A stretch of DNA of 64,000 bases from a virus (IMGVR_UViG_3300020187_001966); one strand, 5' to 3'. Counted from the first letter of the stretch, positions 53,678 to 63,155 are shown. Numbers and translations: made by a program. Notes: generated by a model from the sequence alone, not told the origin.

Positions 53678-54736
53678 ATGAAAATCAGAAATTTAGTATT
53701 AGGCGCAGTTGCGTCACTGGCAATCGCTACAGTAGCATTTGCTGAAATCACAATGGTAGTACCACAGAAGCCTGGTCAAGGCACAACTGTATGGGCAGAG
53801 ATTGTAAAGAAAGAACTTGAAAAACACTTAGGTGAAAAAATTACATTACGATTAATTCCAGGTGCTCGTGACATTCCAGGATTTAATGAGTATCATAATA
53901 ATTTACGCTTTGATGAGAATACTATTATGGTATCACACGGTGGTAACGGTGTTAGTTTCTTACAAGAGGATGTAGCTTATGATTACGCAGAGTATGAATC
54001 AATTGCACTTATGAACTTAAATATTATCGCAGGTAAACGTATTGGCGATGACATGAGTAAGCCACGTTTTCCAGCAGGTTCAGGAATGGTGCCAGAAGCA
54101 TTTGCTATGACACTTATGTTATGCGGACCAGACAAGAGTGTAGACGAATATATTCAATGCTTTAAAGAAAATGTAGTATGGGTTAAAGGCATGAGTGGTA
54201 GTGAAAGACGTTTAGCATTTAAACGTGGAGATCTAAACGGTACTCGTGAGAACCCAGCAACATATCAAAAACACGTAGAGCCAGATGAAAATGCAGAGTT
54301 ATGGTTCCATCATGGTCTACTTGATCCAGCAACTGGAACACACAGTGACGATACAAACTACCCAGCAGGATATCAAGTAGAACAATTATTTGAAGCACGT
54401 TGGGGTGTAGCACCAAGTGGAGAGTTTTATGATGCGTATGTACTTGTAAAAAGTTTCCGTGACGGTTTACAAAAAGCAATTTGGATTAACAAAGGCAATC
54501 CAGAACTTCGTGATCGTTTACGTGCGGCAATGACAGCATTAGATAATGATCCTAAAAGTATGGCTGCTATTGAAGCAAAGAACGGCAATTACGAATGGTT
54601 TATTGGAGAACAAGGTGACCAAATGCGTGACACATTGATGGGCTTTATTACTGAAGATGCTCTCAAGAACTTAGTTAAGTTTAACAGTGAAGCACTAGGA
54701 CTTAAAAGTATCTATAAAGCAGATTTGGTTAAGTAA
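53678..54736 (+). CDS. tctC: Tripartite tricarboxylate transporter substrate-binding protein (TctC/Bug family)
   Basis: Signal peptide; VVPQKPG.GT..WA..., IPGA, G..Y.G..E..LAF.RG. Confidence 0.75.
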   Translation: MKIRNLVLGAVASLAIATVAFAEITMVVPQKPGQGTTVWAEIVKKELEKHLGEKITLRLIPGARDIPGFNEYHNNLRFDENTIMVSHGGNGVSFLQEDVAYDYAEYESIALMNLNIIAGKRIGDDMSKPRFPAGSGMVPEAFAMTLMLCGPDKSVDEYIQCFKENVVWVKGMSGSERRLAFKRGDLNGTRENPATYQKHVEPDENAELWFHHGLLDPATGTHSDDTNYPAGYQVEQLFEARWGVAPSGEFYDAYVLVKSFRDGLQKAIWINKGNPELRDRLRAAMTALDNDPKSMAAIEAKNGNYEWFIGEQGDQMRDTLMGFITEDALKNLVKFNSEALGLKSIYKADLVK

Positions 54737-55398
54737 TGAACAGCAATTGGGACAAATTGAAGCCTCGTACAAGCTATCATTATGACTCATTTAAAATGGA
54801 CCCGGCATACGATTCAATGCGCTATGCCGGGCGTTTTATTGGACAATGGCAAAAAGAACTAGAAACTGTTGTAAAAAGTAGTACAGCTATTACATGGCGT
54901 AACCGTAATCCAATAGATGGCACAAGTCCAGACATTGAGTCAGAAGAGTATGATCTAATGCGAGCAGGTGCAGATCCTAGACTTAGTTTAACTAATTTAG
55001 AATACCAATTGCATCCTGTATTTCAACATATGACAGATGCATTAGGACTAGTAGAAGGTGAGAAGCCGATACAAAGTCGTGTACACATACAACATCCTGG
55101 TCAAGTTTGGAACTTACACATTGATAAATTAGAAAAATGGAACAAAGCAGATCCGCACAGTGTTTATAGATTTATGGTAATGCTAAACGATTGGGAGCCA
55201 GGTCACTTTATACAGTACGGAAACTTTGTTCACACTGGTTATCGGGCTGGAGAAATATACAGTTTTGATTGGTATAATGTACCACATTGTACAGCAAACG
55301 CTGGAAATGGTCCAAGATGTACACTGTTAGTTACAGGTGTTGCTACTGAACATACTCGTAACTTATTCAGCACATATAATAATCAAATACCTGTATAA
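54736..55398 (+). CDS. Fe(II)/2-oxoglutarate oxygenase (Asp/Asn beta-hydroxylase-like cupin)
   Basis: PGQVWNLHID...RFMVML...PHCTANAG...R. Confidence 0.75.
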   Translation: MNSNWDKLKPRTSYHYDSFKMDPAYDSMRYAGRFIGQWQKELETVVKSSTAITWRNRNPIDGTSPDIESEEYDLMRAGADPRLSLTNLEYQLHPVFQHMTDALGLVEGEKPIQSRVHIQHPGQVWNLHIDKLEKWNKADPHSVYRFMVMLNDWEPGHFIQYGNFVHTGYRAGEIYSFDWYNVPHCTANAGNGPRCTLLVTGVATEHTRNLFSTYNNQIPV

Positions 55399-55401
55399 AT
55401 A
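55394..55401 (+). promoter_or_regulatory. T4-type late promoter
   Basis: Perfect TATAAATA; SD AGGAGA; ATG 55424. Confidence 0.75.
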
Positions 55402-55423
55402 AATGTACTAACAGGAGAATAAC

Positions 55424-55684
55424 ATGGCTTATACACATGTAAGTAGACTTACAACTACATCAAGTGATACATTTGACACGGTGGAGGCTTGGTTAACTGC
55501 ACACGGAAGTTGTGGTCAAAATAGCGAAGGTCATACTAGTTGGAATGCTGTACTAGACGAAGGCGGCGCATCAATTACACGGACTGTAGTTTGGCCAATG
55601 AAAGCAGTAAGAGAATTTGAACGTAGCGAACGTCCAGATAATCCTACATTTGATGGTGTAGTAATTAGTGAATCTGAAGACTAA
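55424..55684 (+). CDS. Small Ser/Thr/acidic late protein, possible substrate or structural protein
   Basis: Own late promoter and strong SD; 86 aa. Confidence 0.7.
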   Translation: MAYTHVSRLTTTSSDTFDTVEAWLTAHGSCGQNSEGHTSWNAVLDEGGASITRTVVWPMKAVREFERSERPDNPTFDGVVISESED

Positions 55685-56364
55685 AGAACACCAGTATAAA
55701 TTCGTTGAACAGTGTCGTTTAGAACTCGATCAATAGATTTATTTTTTGCAAGATCTTGGAACTTTGTATCTCGTTTACAAAGTTCTTTTTCTTTGTGTAA
55801 TTGATTATCTAGTCCTAGTTTATGTAATAGTTCTACTAGACTATTTTGTTGTAAATCAAAATGTTGTTGAATAAATTTATTCTCTATAGCAATTTTTTCT
55901 CTCATACGCTTGTCATTCTCATACCAAGTATAGTGAGGATAAGTTATATTCCAACCTCCTACTTGATGCCACCAATCAAAACAAAAGTCATCTGGCATCC
56001 AAAATGCCAAGAACTTTGCTTCAGGAAACCATTCACGTAGTTGAGGTATATGATAACTAAACCAATGACTTTTAACGATCTTAATACCAGTATCCCAATC
56101 ATCGAAAGGTTCCTGAAATTGTGCTATTACATCGTCACGATTTAATTGATCCAGACGATCAAACTCTAAACCATAATCGTGTCCTGGTCCCCAATATGCA
56201 CCTCTGTGCCAACCTTTAGCGCCGTTAGTATAACTATCAGTGTTTACTTCATCTGACGTATTGATGTCTACTTGACTTTGTATACATCGAATTGCTCCGC
56301 TCCAACGACTGCCTGGTGTACCAGTTGCTATGATTAAATCTTTACCTTTATACATAATTGCCAC
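55681..56364 (-). CDS. Sulfotransferase-like P-loop-fold protein
   Basis: IIATGTPGSRWS; GAYWGPG; IVKSHWF; paralogue of 58091-58798. Confidence 0.55.
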   Translation of the reverse strand: MAIMYKGKDLIIATGTPGSRWSGAIRCIQSQVDINTSDEVNTDSYTNGAKGWHRGAYWGPGHDYGLEFDRLDQLNRDDVIAQFQEPFDDWDTGIKIVKSHWFSYHIPQLREWFPEAKFLAFWMPDDFCFDWWHQVGGWNITYPHYTWYENDKRMREKIAIENKFIQQHFDLQQNSLVELLHKLGLDNQLHKEKELCKRDTKFQDLAKNKSIDRVLNDTVQRIYTGVL

Positions 56365-57010
56365 CCAAACTAGAACTTAGCAAAACTGTATTGCCAGTAG
56401 TAATACCTACTTGTGTACCAAGAGCACTCATTGTTCTAGTAGTACTAAATGCCCATTCTCTTTCTGCACACCACCAACAATCTTCACACGGTGGGTAACT
56501 AGTTTCGCAACTTACTGTTAGATCCTGTAATGCTTTTAAGTTATATTTTTTATATATCATTGCTAGATGGCTTTTATTAACATCATAAAACGGACGATAG
56601 AAATGATTATGAATTACTCTAGACAGTAACACATCTCTATCTTTTTTTCTTTGTTCATGATACTTTAACTTTACATCTGGGTTACGGGTTTTTCCACTTA
56701 CCCAGCAACTTAAATTGTATTGCTCAGTTAAATTATTAGTAGCTTGATCTCTATATTCTTTGCGTAATTCTAAGTTTGGCGCTATTGTTACACAATGCTC
56801 TAGTATTTTTACTGATGTATAGCACTGAATCCACCTGCTTACTGCTAGCGCAGGCTCTATATTATATTTCTTATCATCACTAGCAACTGTAAGTAACACA
56901 ACGTCATGCTGTCTTTGTGACGCTATTAACCAAAACAATATTGCGCTGTCACTACCGCCACTTAGATATATGCCTATAGGCCCTGTGGGTAATTTTATTT
57001 CGTCTGCCAC
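56348..57010 (-). CDS. QueC-like PP-loop ATP pyrophosphatase
   Basis: YLSGGSDSA; RPFY..NK; TVSC...PCEDCWWCAER Zn motif. Confidence 0.75.
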   Translation of the reverse strand: MADEIKLPTGPIGIYLSGGSDSAILFWLIASQRQHDVVLLTVASDDKKYNIEPALAVSRWIQCYTSVKILEHCVTIAPNLELRKEYRDQATNNLTEQYNLSCWVSGKTRNPDVKLKYHEQRKKDRDVLLSRVIHNHFYRPFYDVNKSHLAMIYKKYNLKALQDLTVSCETSYPPCEDCWWCAEREWAFSTTRTMSALGTQVGITTGNTVLLSSSLGGNYV

Positions 57011-58089
57011 AATAATTCTCTACTATTATTTTCTGCTACTAACTCAGCTACTGTACTTGCTAGTTCGCCATTAAATTGACGGCTACAATGATCGCTTCCA
57101 TAACATATTGTATTTGGATTATGCTCTGCTATTGTTCGTACAAATTCAATAGCTGACTGATGACTGGCATTACTGTCTTTTAGTAAGTTTCCTGGCATGC
57201 GTTTTAATGCTCCATTCCACCATATTACACCATTGCCTTGTTTAATTAGTAACAACAATTTATCGATGTCTGATCGGTTACTGATATTTACTCGATGATA
57301 GTGATGCTCTAAACTTTGGTATTGTTGCCAATGTGAGCTCCAATCAGCAAATTCAGCTTGTAGATTTTCCCAGATAATCATGTAATCATTATCTCTATCA
57401 GTAAACTTGTGTCTATTAAATAACTGCATGCTTGGATATTTTTGTTGTAGGTGTTTGATCCAACTTTTTATATCTGTACCATCCCATTCTTGAATGGTAT
57501 ATTTTCTAACAGCTAAACTTATCTTGCTTATGTCTATATGATGTACTACAGTGTCTGAGTGCATGCCATGATGATTTAATATCCCATTAATAAAGAATCC
57601 ACTACTCACTGTTATGGCCCAATCAACAGCCGTACTAGTTGCTCCGTATTCTGGGATTTCATTGTGCATCAAATAACTTATATTACTATCGTCTATTAAG
57701 TTAGTCACAGCGGCGCTATGACTGTGTGTAAATGTGTTTGCAGTAAAAGGATCAATTGATTGTATATTCATTTTTAAATCTATAGTACCTTCGCCCTGTG
57801 GTTGCCAGACGTCAGCACCACTACAAATGTTTATGTTCTCATAATTTTTTAATCTAGGAATAATGTTCTTTTCGTAGTTTCCCCATACTAATATAGTACC
57901 TGCTTGTATAATTAAAACACGATCGTACTTTGTATAATCAACTTGTTTAAAAACATCAATGACATGGTAATCATATTTGCTTTGACTATATCTACTGCTC
58001 ACACTGTGATCAATACTTAACTGACTATAGTTAAGTGCGATATCATCCCACCACGCATCTCCTGATTTAACTATTACAACACAATCCAT
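56995..58089 (-). CDS. Hypothetical enzyme-sized protein
   Basis: 364-aa ORF in operon; no motif firmly recognised. Confidence 0.7.
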   Translation of the reverse strand: MDCVVIVKSGDAWWDDIALNYSQLSIDHSVSSRYSQSKYDYHVIDVFKQVDYTKYDRVLIIQAGTILVWGNYEKNIIPRLKNYENINICSGADVWQPQGEGTIDLKMNIQSIDPFTANTFTHSHSAAVTNLIDDSNISYLMHNEIPEYGATSTAVDWAITVSSGFFINGILNHHGMHSDTVVHHIDISKISLAVRKYTIQEWDGTDIKSWIKHLQQKYPSMQLFNRHKFTDRDNDYMIIWENLQAEFADWSSHWQQYQSLEHHYHRVNISNRSDIDKLLLLIKQGNGVIWWNGALKRMPGNLLKDSNASHQSAIEFVRTIAEHNPNTICYGSDHCSRQFNGELASTVAELVAENNSRELLWQTK

Positions 58090-58090
58090 T

Positions 58091-58798
58091 TTAGATCATC
58101 TCAAAATTATAGTAACTCATTTGTACATCATATCTCAATCGTTCAGTTGGATTATCATTTTTATGATGATATCCTATGAGACTATGACTGTACCGACGAT
58201 TTTCATCAGTATCATCTAACTTCCAAACGTCACGCCAGTGTCTAGGTGTACTAGTGTGTACTGCTAAATCACGTTCATAAATCCATTTACGTGCTAACAT
58301 ACACTCGTGGTTAATTAACTCTTTTGCCTGTTCAGTTGTTTTGTAAAACGTAGTATAATCAGGATATGGAATTTTAATACCACCTACTCCATGCCAACCA
58401 TCCCAACATGCTTCTGGATGTCGCATAACAATCATAATTTTACTTTCAGGAAACGTTTCAGCAATCCAATCTAAACTGTAAACAAACTGATGACACTTTA
58501 CTATAATATATCCGTCATGATTTGTATAAGCTAATTCTATTTCAGCAATCACTTGTTCACGTGTATATTTTCCAGTGTGTAGTTCATGAAACCATTCACC
58601 AAACTCAAATCCTGGACCAAAATATGCGCCCAAGTGTTTAACGCCATTAAACTCTGGACCATGATCATACCCACGCTCTGGTGATCGGTCACTGATGTTT
58701 ATATCAATTACTGGAGTATTAGCTAGTAATACACTAGTGGCACTCCATTTACTTCCTGGTGCTCCAGTAAAGAATATTATTTTATTTGTATCTATCAT
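58091..58798 (-). CDS. Sulfotransferase-like P-loop-fold protein
   Basis: IFFTGAPGSKWS; GAYFGPG; IVKCHQF; IVMRHPE. Confidence 0.55.
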   Translation of the reverse strand: MIDTNKIIFFTGAPGSKWSATSVLLANTPVIDINISDRSPERGYDHGPEFNGVKHLGAYFGPGFEFGEWFHELHTGKYTREQVIAEIELAYTNHDGYIIVKCHQFVYSLDWIAETFPESKIMIVMRHPEACWDGWHGVGGIKIPYPDYTTFYKTTEQAKELINHECMLARKWIYERDLAVHTSTPRHWRDVWKLDDTDENRRYSHSLIGYHHKNDNPTERLRYDVQMSYYNFEMI

Positions 58799-59211
58799 GC
58801 TATTGTAATCGCAAAGCGCCTTTCTTCTATGTTCATAACTGTGTGATATGAATCAACTTCTAATATGTGCCACTGATGTTTATCTAGTACAACATCACAT
58901 GTGGGGGTTACCTGATCTTCATCATACCAAATAGTGTGTACATTAGCGCCGCCTGGGTCAATAATATAGTTTAACGCTGTCGTTCGTCCTCTGTCTTTGT
59001 GTACAGGTACACCATGTACTAGTGTTTGATAACGAAACTTTGTATATTCAGGAAACTGTTCTTGAAGATAGTCCGCCAATTCCGCTTGACATTCGTGTAT
59101 AGTGTAATTAGGGCTACGTCCGCCAAATATATTTTCAAGTTCTAATACTTGTTCAACTGGTAATATTAAATGCTCTGGCACAGCAGGCAAGTCTAAAAAT
59201 TTATATTTCAT
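58795..59211 (-). CDS. Fe(II)/2OG oxygenase-like cupin
   Basis: VPVHKD...ALNYII...W.ILEVDSYHTV...R. Confidence 0.7.
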   Translation of the reverse strand: MKYKFLDLPAVPEHLILPVEQVLELENIFGGRSPNYTIHECQAELADYLQEQFPEYTKFRYQTLVHGVPVHKDRGRTTALNYIIDPGGANVHTIWYDEDQVTPTCDVVLDKHQWHILEVDSYHTVMNIEERRFAITIA

Positions 59212-59945
59212 ACGATAAACTCTTTCATCTTTCGGTATTCTCTATAGCTAACATTAAGTACACGGCTGTTATTAGTCTGATTCCTCAATGCCATATTATT
59301 TTTTATTTGTGTTTCTATATGTTGATAAAAACTTCCACTGTTTAAATGCTCCCAAACATCTTGTACTGTAAAAAACAATCCCCAACGTTTACTTAATTGA
59401 TATAGCATTTTTCCATATTTAGTTTTGCTACCATTCATCCACTCAAGTTTAAGATAGGCAGGAAAATGCGCCGTTGTGTGCATATATCTATTTACTATAT
59501 CATCAGCATCTGCTACAATATTAATTACACGACTGTTGGGAAACTGTGTTAGTATTTCTTCTGGTAAACTATGCGTACAGTATAATAACCGATGTGTGTT
59601 TAGATATTGTTGACCTTGGGCTTTTTCAAACTGTGCTGGAAATAAGTCACGATAATATGTATCACAATCAACAAAATCTTTTACATAATCCCAGACTGGA
59701 GGCAATACTTCTCCGTTGGGCATAGTCCTATCAAAATGTTTGGGGGCTACTCGACGTTGAATTATCCAATCACACTTGTGCGATATGTTCCAAGGATTAA
59801 TACCGTTGTCTGAATTACTATACCAATACACTTCTGGTAAACTGCACAAGACACGCCCGATAGTGTGTCCTCTACTACCAGGTTCAAAACTTACAAAAAC
59901 AAAGTTTGGATTATTGTATACGTCCGAGATAATAGTAAACTCCAT
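59208..59945 (-). CDS. Sulfotransferase-like protein (divergent)
   Basis: VFVSFEPGSRGHTIGR; LYCTH. Confidence 0.45.
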   Translation of the reverse strand: MEFTIISDVYNNPNFVFVSFEPGSRGHTIGRVLCSLPEVYWYSNSDNGINPWNISHKCDWIIQRRVAPKHFDRTMPNGEVLPPVWDYVKDFVDCDTYYRDLFPAQFEKAQGQQYLNTHRLLYCTHSLPEEILTQFPNSRVINIVADADDIVNRYMHTTAHFPAYLKLEWMNGSKTKYGKMLYQLSKRWGLFFTVQDVWEHLNSGSFYQHIETQIKNNMALRNQTNNSRVLNVSYREYRKMKEFIV

Positions 59946-60597
59946 TATTATATGTTACTAGGTCACCAGTGTGATACCAATCGTCATATACACAAATGTC
60001 ACCTTTAACTAGCAATTCATTGTCTACAATCTTTGTATCACAATGTGTTTGCTCGCCCATTATACTTTCAGTTAAACTGACTACGTCACCAGGATTAAAC
60101 GTACTATTAATTGCTACTGGGCCTACTTCTGTCATACCCCAATTAGCAATAAACGTGGCGCCACGATCAATAAATGATTGAATAATACGACTGTGTACTC
60201 TATCACTACCACACATAATAGTTATGCCACTCAAATTTACACTACTAAATCCTCGAGTTTTTATTACAGCACGAGCCATGTCTGGTGTTAAATGACTGTG
60301 TGTATAATCTGTAATTTGTCTAACCCAACTATAAGGATTAAACTTTTGTATGTCAACCAGGGCACCAACTTCTACGGCAGGTAATGTTTGCGCAAGTAAT
60401 CCGCCAGCATGTGTTAGTGTACACACTGTTAGTATACGACTATTAACAGTAATATCTTGTACTTGTCTAGCTACACTATTAGCGGCTTGTAGTTTATGTG
60501 GGGGTTGAAATATACGTCTAGGCGCACCAGTAGTACCACTGGTTGGCAATGCCGTACCAGTATTAATTATCTTTTTTAAAGTTTCGTTCAGTGCCAT
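59911..60597 (-). CDS. Minimal AMP-forming adenylation enzyme (acyl-CoA synthetase family core)
   Basis: TSGTTGAPR, LTHAGG, WGMTE, WYHTGDL, YLGR; only 228 aa. Confidence 0.8.
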   Translation of the reverse strand: MALNETLKKIINTGTALPTSGTTGAPRRIFQPPHKLQAANSVARQVQDITVNSRILTVCTLTHAGGLLAQTLPAVEVGALVDIQKFNPYSWVRQITDYTHSHLTPDMARAVIKTRGFSSVNLSGITIMCGSDRVHSRIIQSFIDRGATFIANWGMTEVGPVAINSTFNPGDVVSLTESIMGEQTHCDTKIVDNELLVKGDICVYDDWYHTGDLVTYNNGVYYYLGRIQ

Positions 60598-60784
60598 CTA
60601 CAATCCTCTTAGCTAGATAGTAAGGGGTAAACGGAAATAGCCACGGTATAAAACTGTGAATTATTCCTGTTACTAACACACCTAATGCTAGTATATTATA
60701 ATATGTAGCCAATGTCAAGTGTTTAAAATAACCGGCACCAGCCTTTTTAAGATGTTTAAAGTCGAATATTTTTGTATTTTTCAT
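60563..60784 (-). CDS. Small protein, DUF6356-like
   Basis: HLKKAGAGYFKHL...IIHSFIPWLF. Confidence 0.6.
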   Translation of the reverse strand: MKNTKIFDFKHLKKAGAGYFKHLTLATYYNILALGVLVTGIIHSFIPWLFPFTPYYLAKRIVDGTERNFKKDN

Positions 60785-61262
60785 TATTTAATTTCCATAT
60801 ATTTTGTTGTGTATAAAATACTTCATCAGCTCTTACAAAATCTACAATACCATATTTGGCTAAATGATAAAATGTTCGATTAACACTTCCCATTTTACCG
60901 CTGGCATCGTTGTCTATATTTGTAGTGATGTACACAGGCTTATCTTGAGCGTATTCTAATTGTAATGGCAACTGTGTACTAAAACAGTAACTTTGCATGT
61001 GGTATCTGTTTAGTCCAACGTTACGTGAACGTAATTGTGCACCACGAAATAAAGCTCTATATCCATCTTCAAAAGGGTGTATACCACTTAAACTTATAAT
61101 TTCGTCATCAATGTATGTGGCAAACCAAGCACCAGATTCCAAACACCAATCCCATTTCATATTTTGTAGACTGGAGTTATTGTTGTATCCAAGTTTTTCA
61201 CATTGGCGTACAAACTCGCCTACTTGTACAATATGTTGATTGTCAATACGTTTAGACAGCAT
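60756..61262 (-). CDS. GNAT-like protein
   Basis: IISLSGIH...YRALFRGAQL; VYITTN. Confidence 0.5.
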   Translation of the reverse strand: MLSKRIDNQHIVQVGEFVRQCEKLGYNNNSSLQNMKWDWCLESGAWFATYIDDEIISLSGIHPFEDGYRALFRGAQLRSRNVGLNRYHMQSYCFSTQLPLQLEYAQDKPVYITTNIDNDASGKMGSVNRTFYHLAKYGIVDFVRADEVFYTQQNIWKLNNEKYKNIRL

Positions 61263-61836
61263 TTCTAACCACCGCCACTAAGTGAATTCTATTGTCTGTA
61301 CTAGCATTAAATGCTGTGTGTTTATGATGCTCAGTTTGTGTTAACCACCAAGTATTTTCTGGCATGTGCAAAACTTCATCTTCAATTACCATTTGACATC
61401 CTGGATCAGTAACTAGTGGGTAGTGTATTCTATTAGTACTATCTTGATGCCAAGTTAAACATGTTTTAGGAAGACTAGTCATTAATCTAACTCTACCAAG
61501 TGTATACTGACTGCTTAACTGTTGGTATACTTTAGCAAATATAGTATTTTCAAATACCGTACATAACTGAGTAAAGTGCTTTTCTCTTAAATGTTTATCT
61601 CGCAATGGTACAGTAAAGTGTGTTATATTACCGTCTTTATCTGCTTTATCAATTGTATTATTCCAATCATATTTTAAACTAGCATCTCCATGATGATAGT
61701 TGTCGGGCTGATCAGGTGTAGTATTAATACAAATTTGTCTGTGTGTACCCCAGTCAATTTTTTCTTGTTGTAATAACTCGTTCATACAACTGAGTAAATC
61801 ATATTGCGGTAAATCTAGTGGTGTGAAATATTTCAT
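61252..61836 (-). CDS. Asp/Asn beta-hydroxylase-like Fe(II)/2OG oxygenase
   Basis: GRVRLM...CLTWHQD...RIHYPL...HTAFNAS...RIHLV. Confidence 0.8.
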   Translation of the reverse strand: MKYFTPLDLPQYDLLSCMNELLQQEKIDWGTHRQICINTTPDQPDNYHHGDASLKYDWNNTIDKADKDGNITHFTVPLRDKHLREKHFTQLCTVFENTIFAKVYQQLSSQYTLGRVRLMTSLPKTCLTWHQDSTNRIHYPLVTDPGCQMVIEDEVLHMPENTWWLTQTEHHKHTAFNASTDNRIHLVAVVRNAV

Positions 61837-62513
61837 AATTTTAATTGTTGTATAGTTTCGTAACTTTTATCTCTGTCAAAGCTAAGAAAGAATTGATATG
61901 TATTGTTGGCATAACTATGCGCATCGTGTATAATGTTTGTGTCAATTAAATACATACGCCCAGCTTCAATTTCACAGTCTGGTGCGGCTAAATCAAACAC
62001 AGTGTTGTCTACATCTCTGGGATTGCTTCTAGCACTATTACGATCAAAACGTAACTTAACCATATCTGGTCTATCTGTACCCCATAGTCGCAGTATACGT
62101 CCTTGAAGTTTGGTATCAGTATGAGGATAAAACATACTGTTATCCATCCATTTTAGTATGCAACTACGTAATATACAATCTTTAAGTGGCTCTAAAAAAT
62201 CAAATGCTCGATGAGAAAGTATTTCTGTTGGTACTTGAAAGCTATGATCCCTAACACGGTCAGCATCTGCTAGCTGTGCATTCCACTGGTCTAGCGGATA
62301 GCAAACTGGTTCTGGATTGTTATGTAACTGCCCATTGGCATTTACTAATGGTAATCCATAACGTTGATGTTCTAAATGTCTGACACCCCATGCTCTAAAC
62401 GCATGTTGGTATTCACGCATACACTCTGAAAACAAGGTCATATTTGCTTTCATGTCAAGTGGAATCAAGGGTGCAGTGTGCATTTCCAAGTACTGTTGTT
62501 CAGTTTTTGTCAT
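61833..62513 (-). CDS. Fe(II)/2OG oxygenase-like cupin
   Basis: FYPHTD...LRLWG...EAGRMYLIDT..IHDA. Confidence 0.7.
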   Translation of the reverse strand: MTKTEQQYLEMHTAPLIPLDMKANMTLFSECMREYQHAFRAWGVRHLEHQRYGLPLVNANGQLHNNPEPVCYPLDQWNAQLADADRVRDHSFQVPTEILSHRAFDFLEPLKDCILRSCILKWMDNSMFYPHTDTKLQGRILRLWGTDRPDMVKLRFDRNSARSNPRDVDNTVFDLAAPDCEIEAGRMYLIDTNIIHDAHSYANNTYQFFLSFDRDKSYETIQQLKL

Positions 62514-62514
62514 A

Positions 62515-63132
62515 TTATGTTATATAAGTTACCGCTATATCTTCTTTTGGGATTGCAGGGAATGTTAAACTATTATCTGCGTGGTGTATTCTTCTAGGAA
62601 TGTCGCCTTTATGACCAACACCCATAAGCAATACAATCTCGTCTTCAGTATTTAATATTTCTTGTATCTCGTCGCCTTCAAAACATGCACAACACCCTGT
62701 GTTATACCCCATTAGACTTGAGGTTAAATTTAAATATCCTGCCGCAATGCCAGTTGCCATATGTAAATCTCTACCAACACTGGCTTCATTGTCGCCATAA
62801 CTGTCACGTTTTTTATTTAATCTATTACTTTTTTCTGTATTGTTAGTGAACACAAATAATACATTAGCAAGGGTTTGACTATTGCTAACCATTTTCTCTT
62901 CATCTCTATGATAGAACCCTTCAGTTTTCTCATGGATACGCTCAATTGTGTCTCTGTCAGTAATAGTATATACATTATAGAAGGCGGCGTTTTGCTTACT
63001 AGGACAATTTGTAATAGCATGCACCATTGTTTGTAAATCCTCTTGTGGGATTTCTTTTTCTAAATTCCAATTACGTTGGCAATGTTGCGATCTAATTACA
63101 GCTTTTTTAATGCTTGATTCAGTTAATTCCAT
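62515..63132 (-). CDS. Nitroreductase family flavoprotein
   Basis: SQHCQRNWN, CPSKQN, GIAAGYL..T..LMGY.TG, LMGVG. Confidence 0.82.
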   Translation of the reverse strand: MELTESSIKKAVIRSQHCQRNWNLEKEIPQEDLQTMVHAITNCPSKQNAAFYNVYTITDRDTIERIHEKTEGFYHRDEEKMVSNSQTLANVLFVFTNNTEKSNRLNKKRDSYGDNEASVGRDLHMATGIAAGYLNLTSSLMGYNTGCCACFEGDEIQEILNTEDEIVLLMGVGHKGDIPRRIHHADNSLTFPAIPKEDIAVTYIT

Positions 63133-63155
63133 ACTAAATTCTCCTATATATATTA

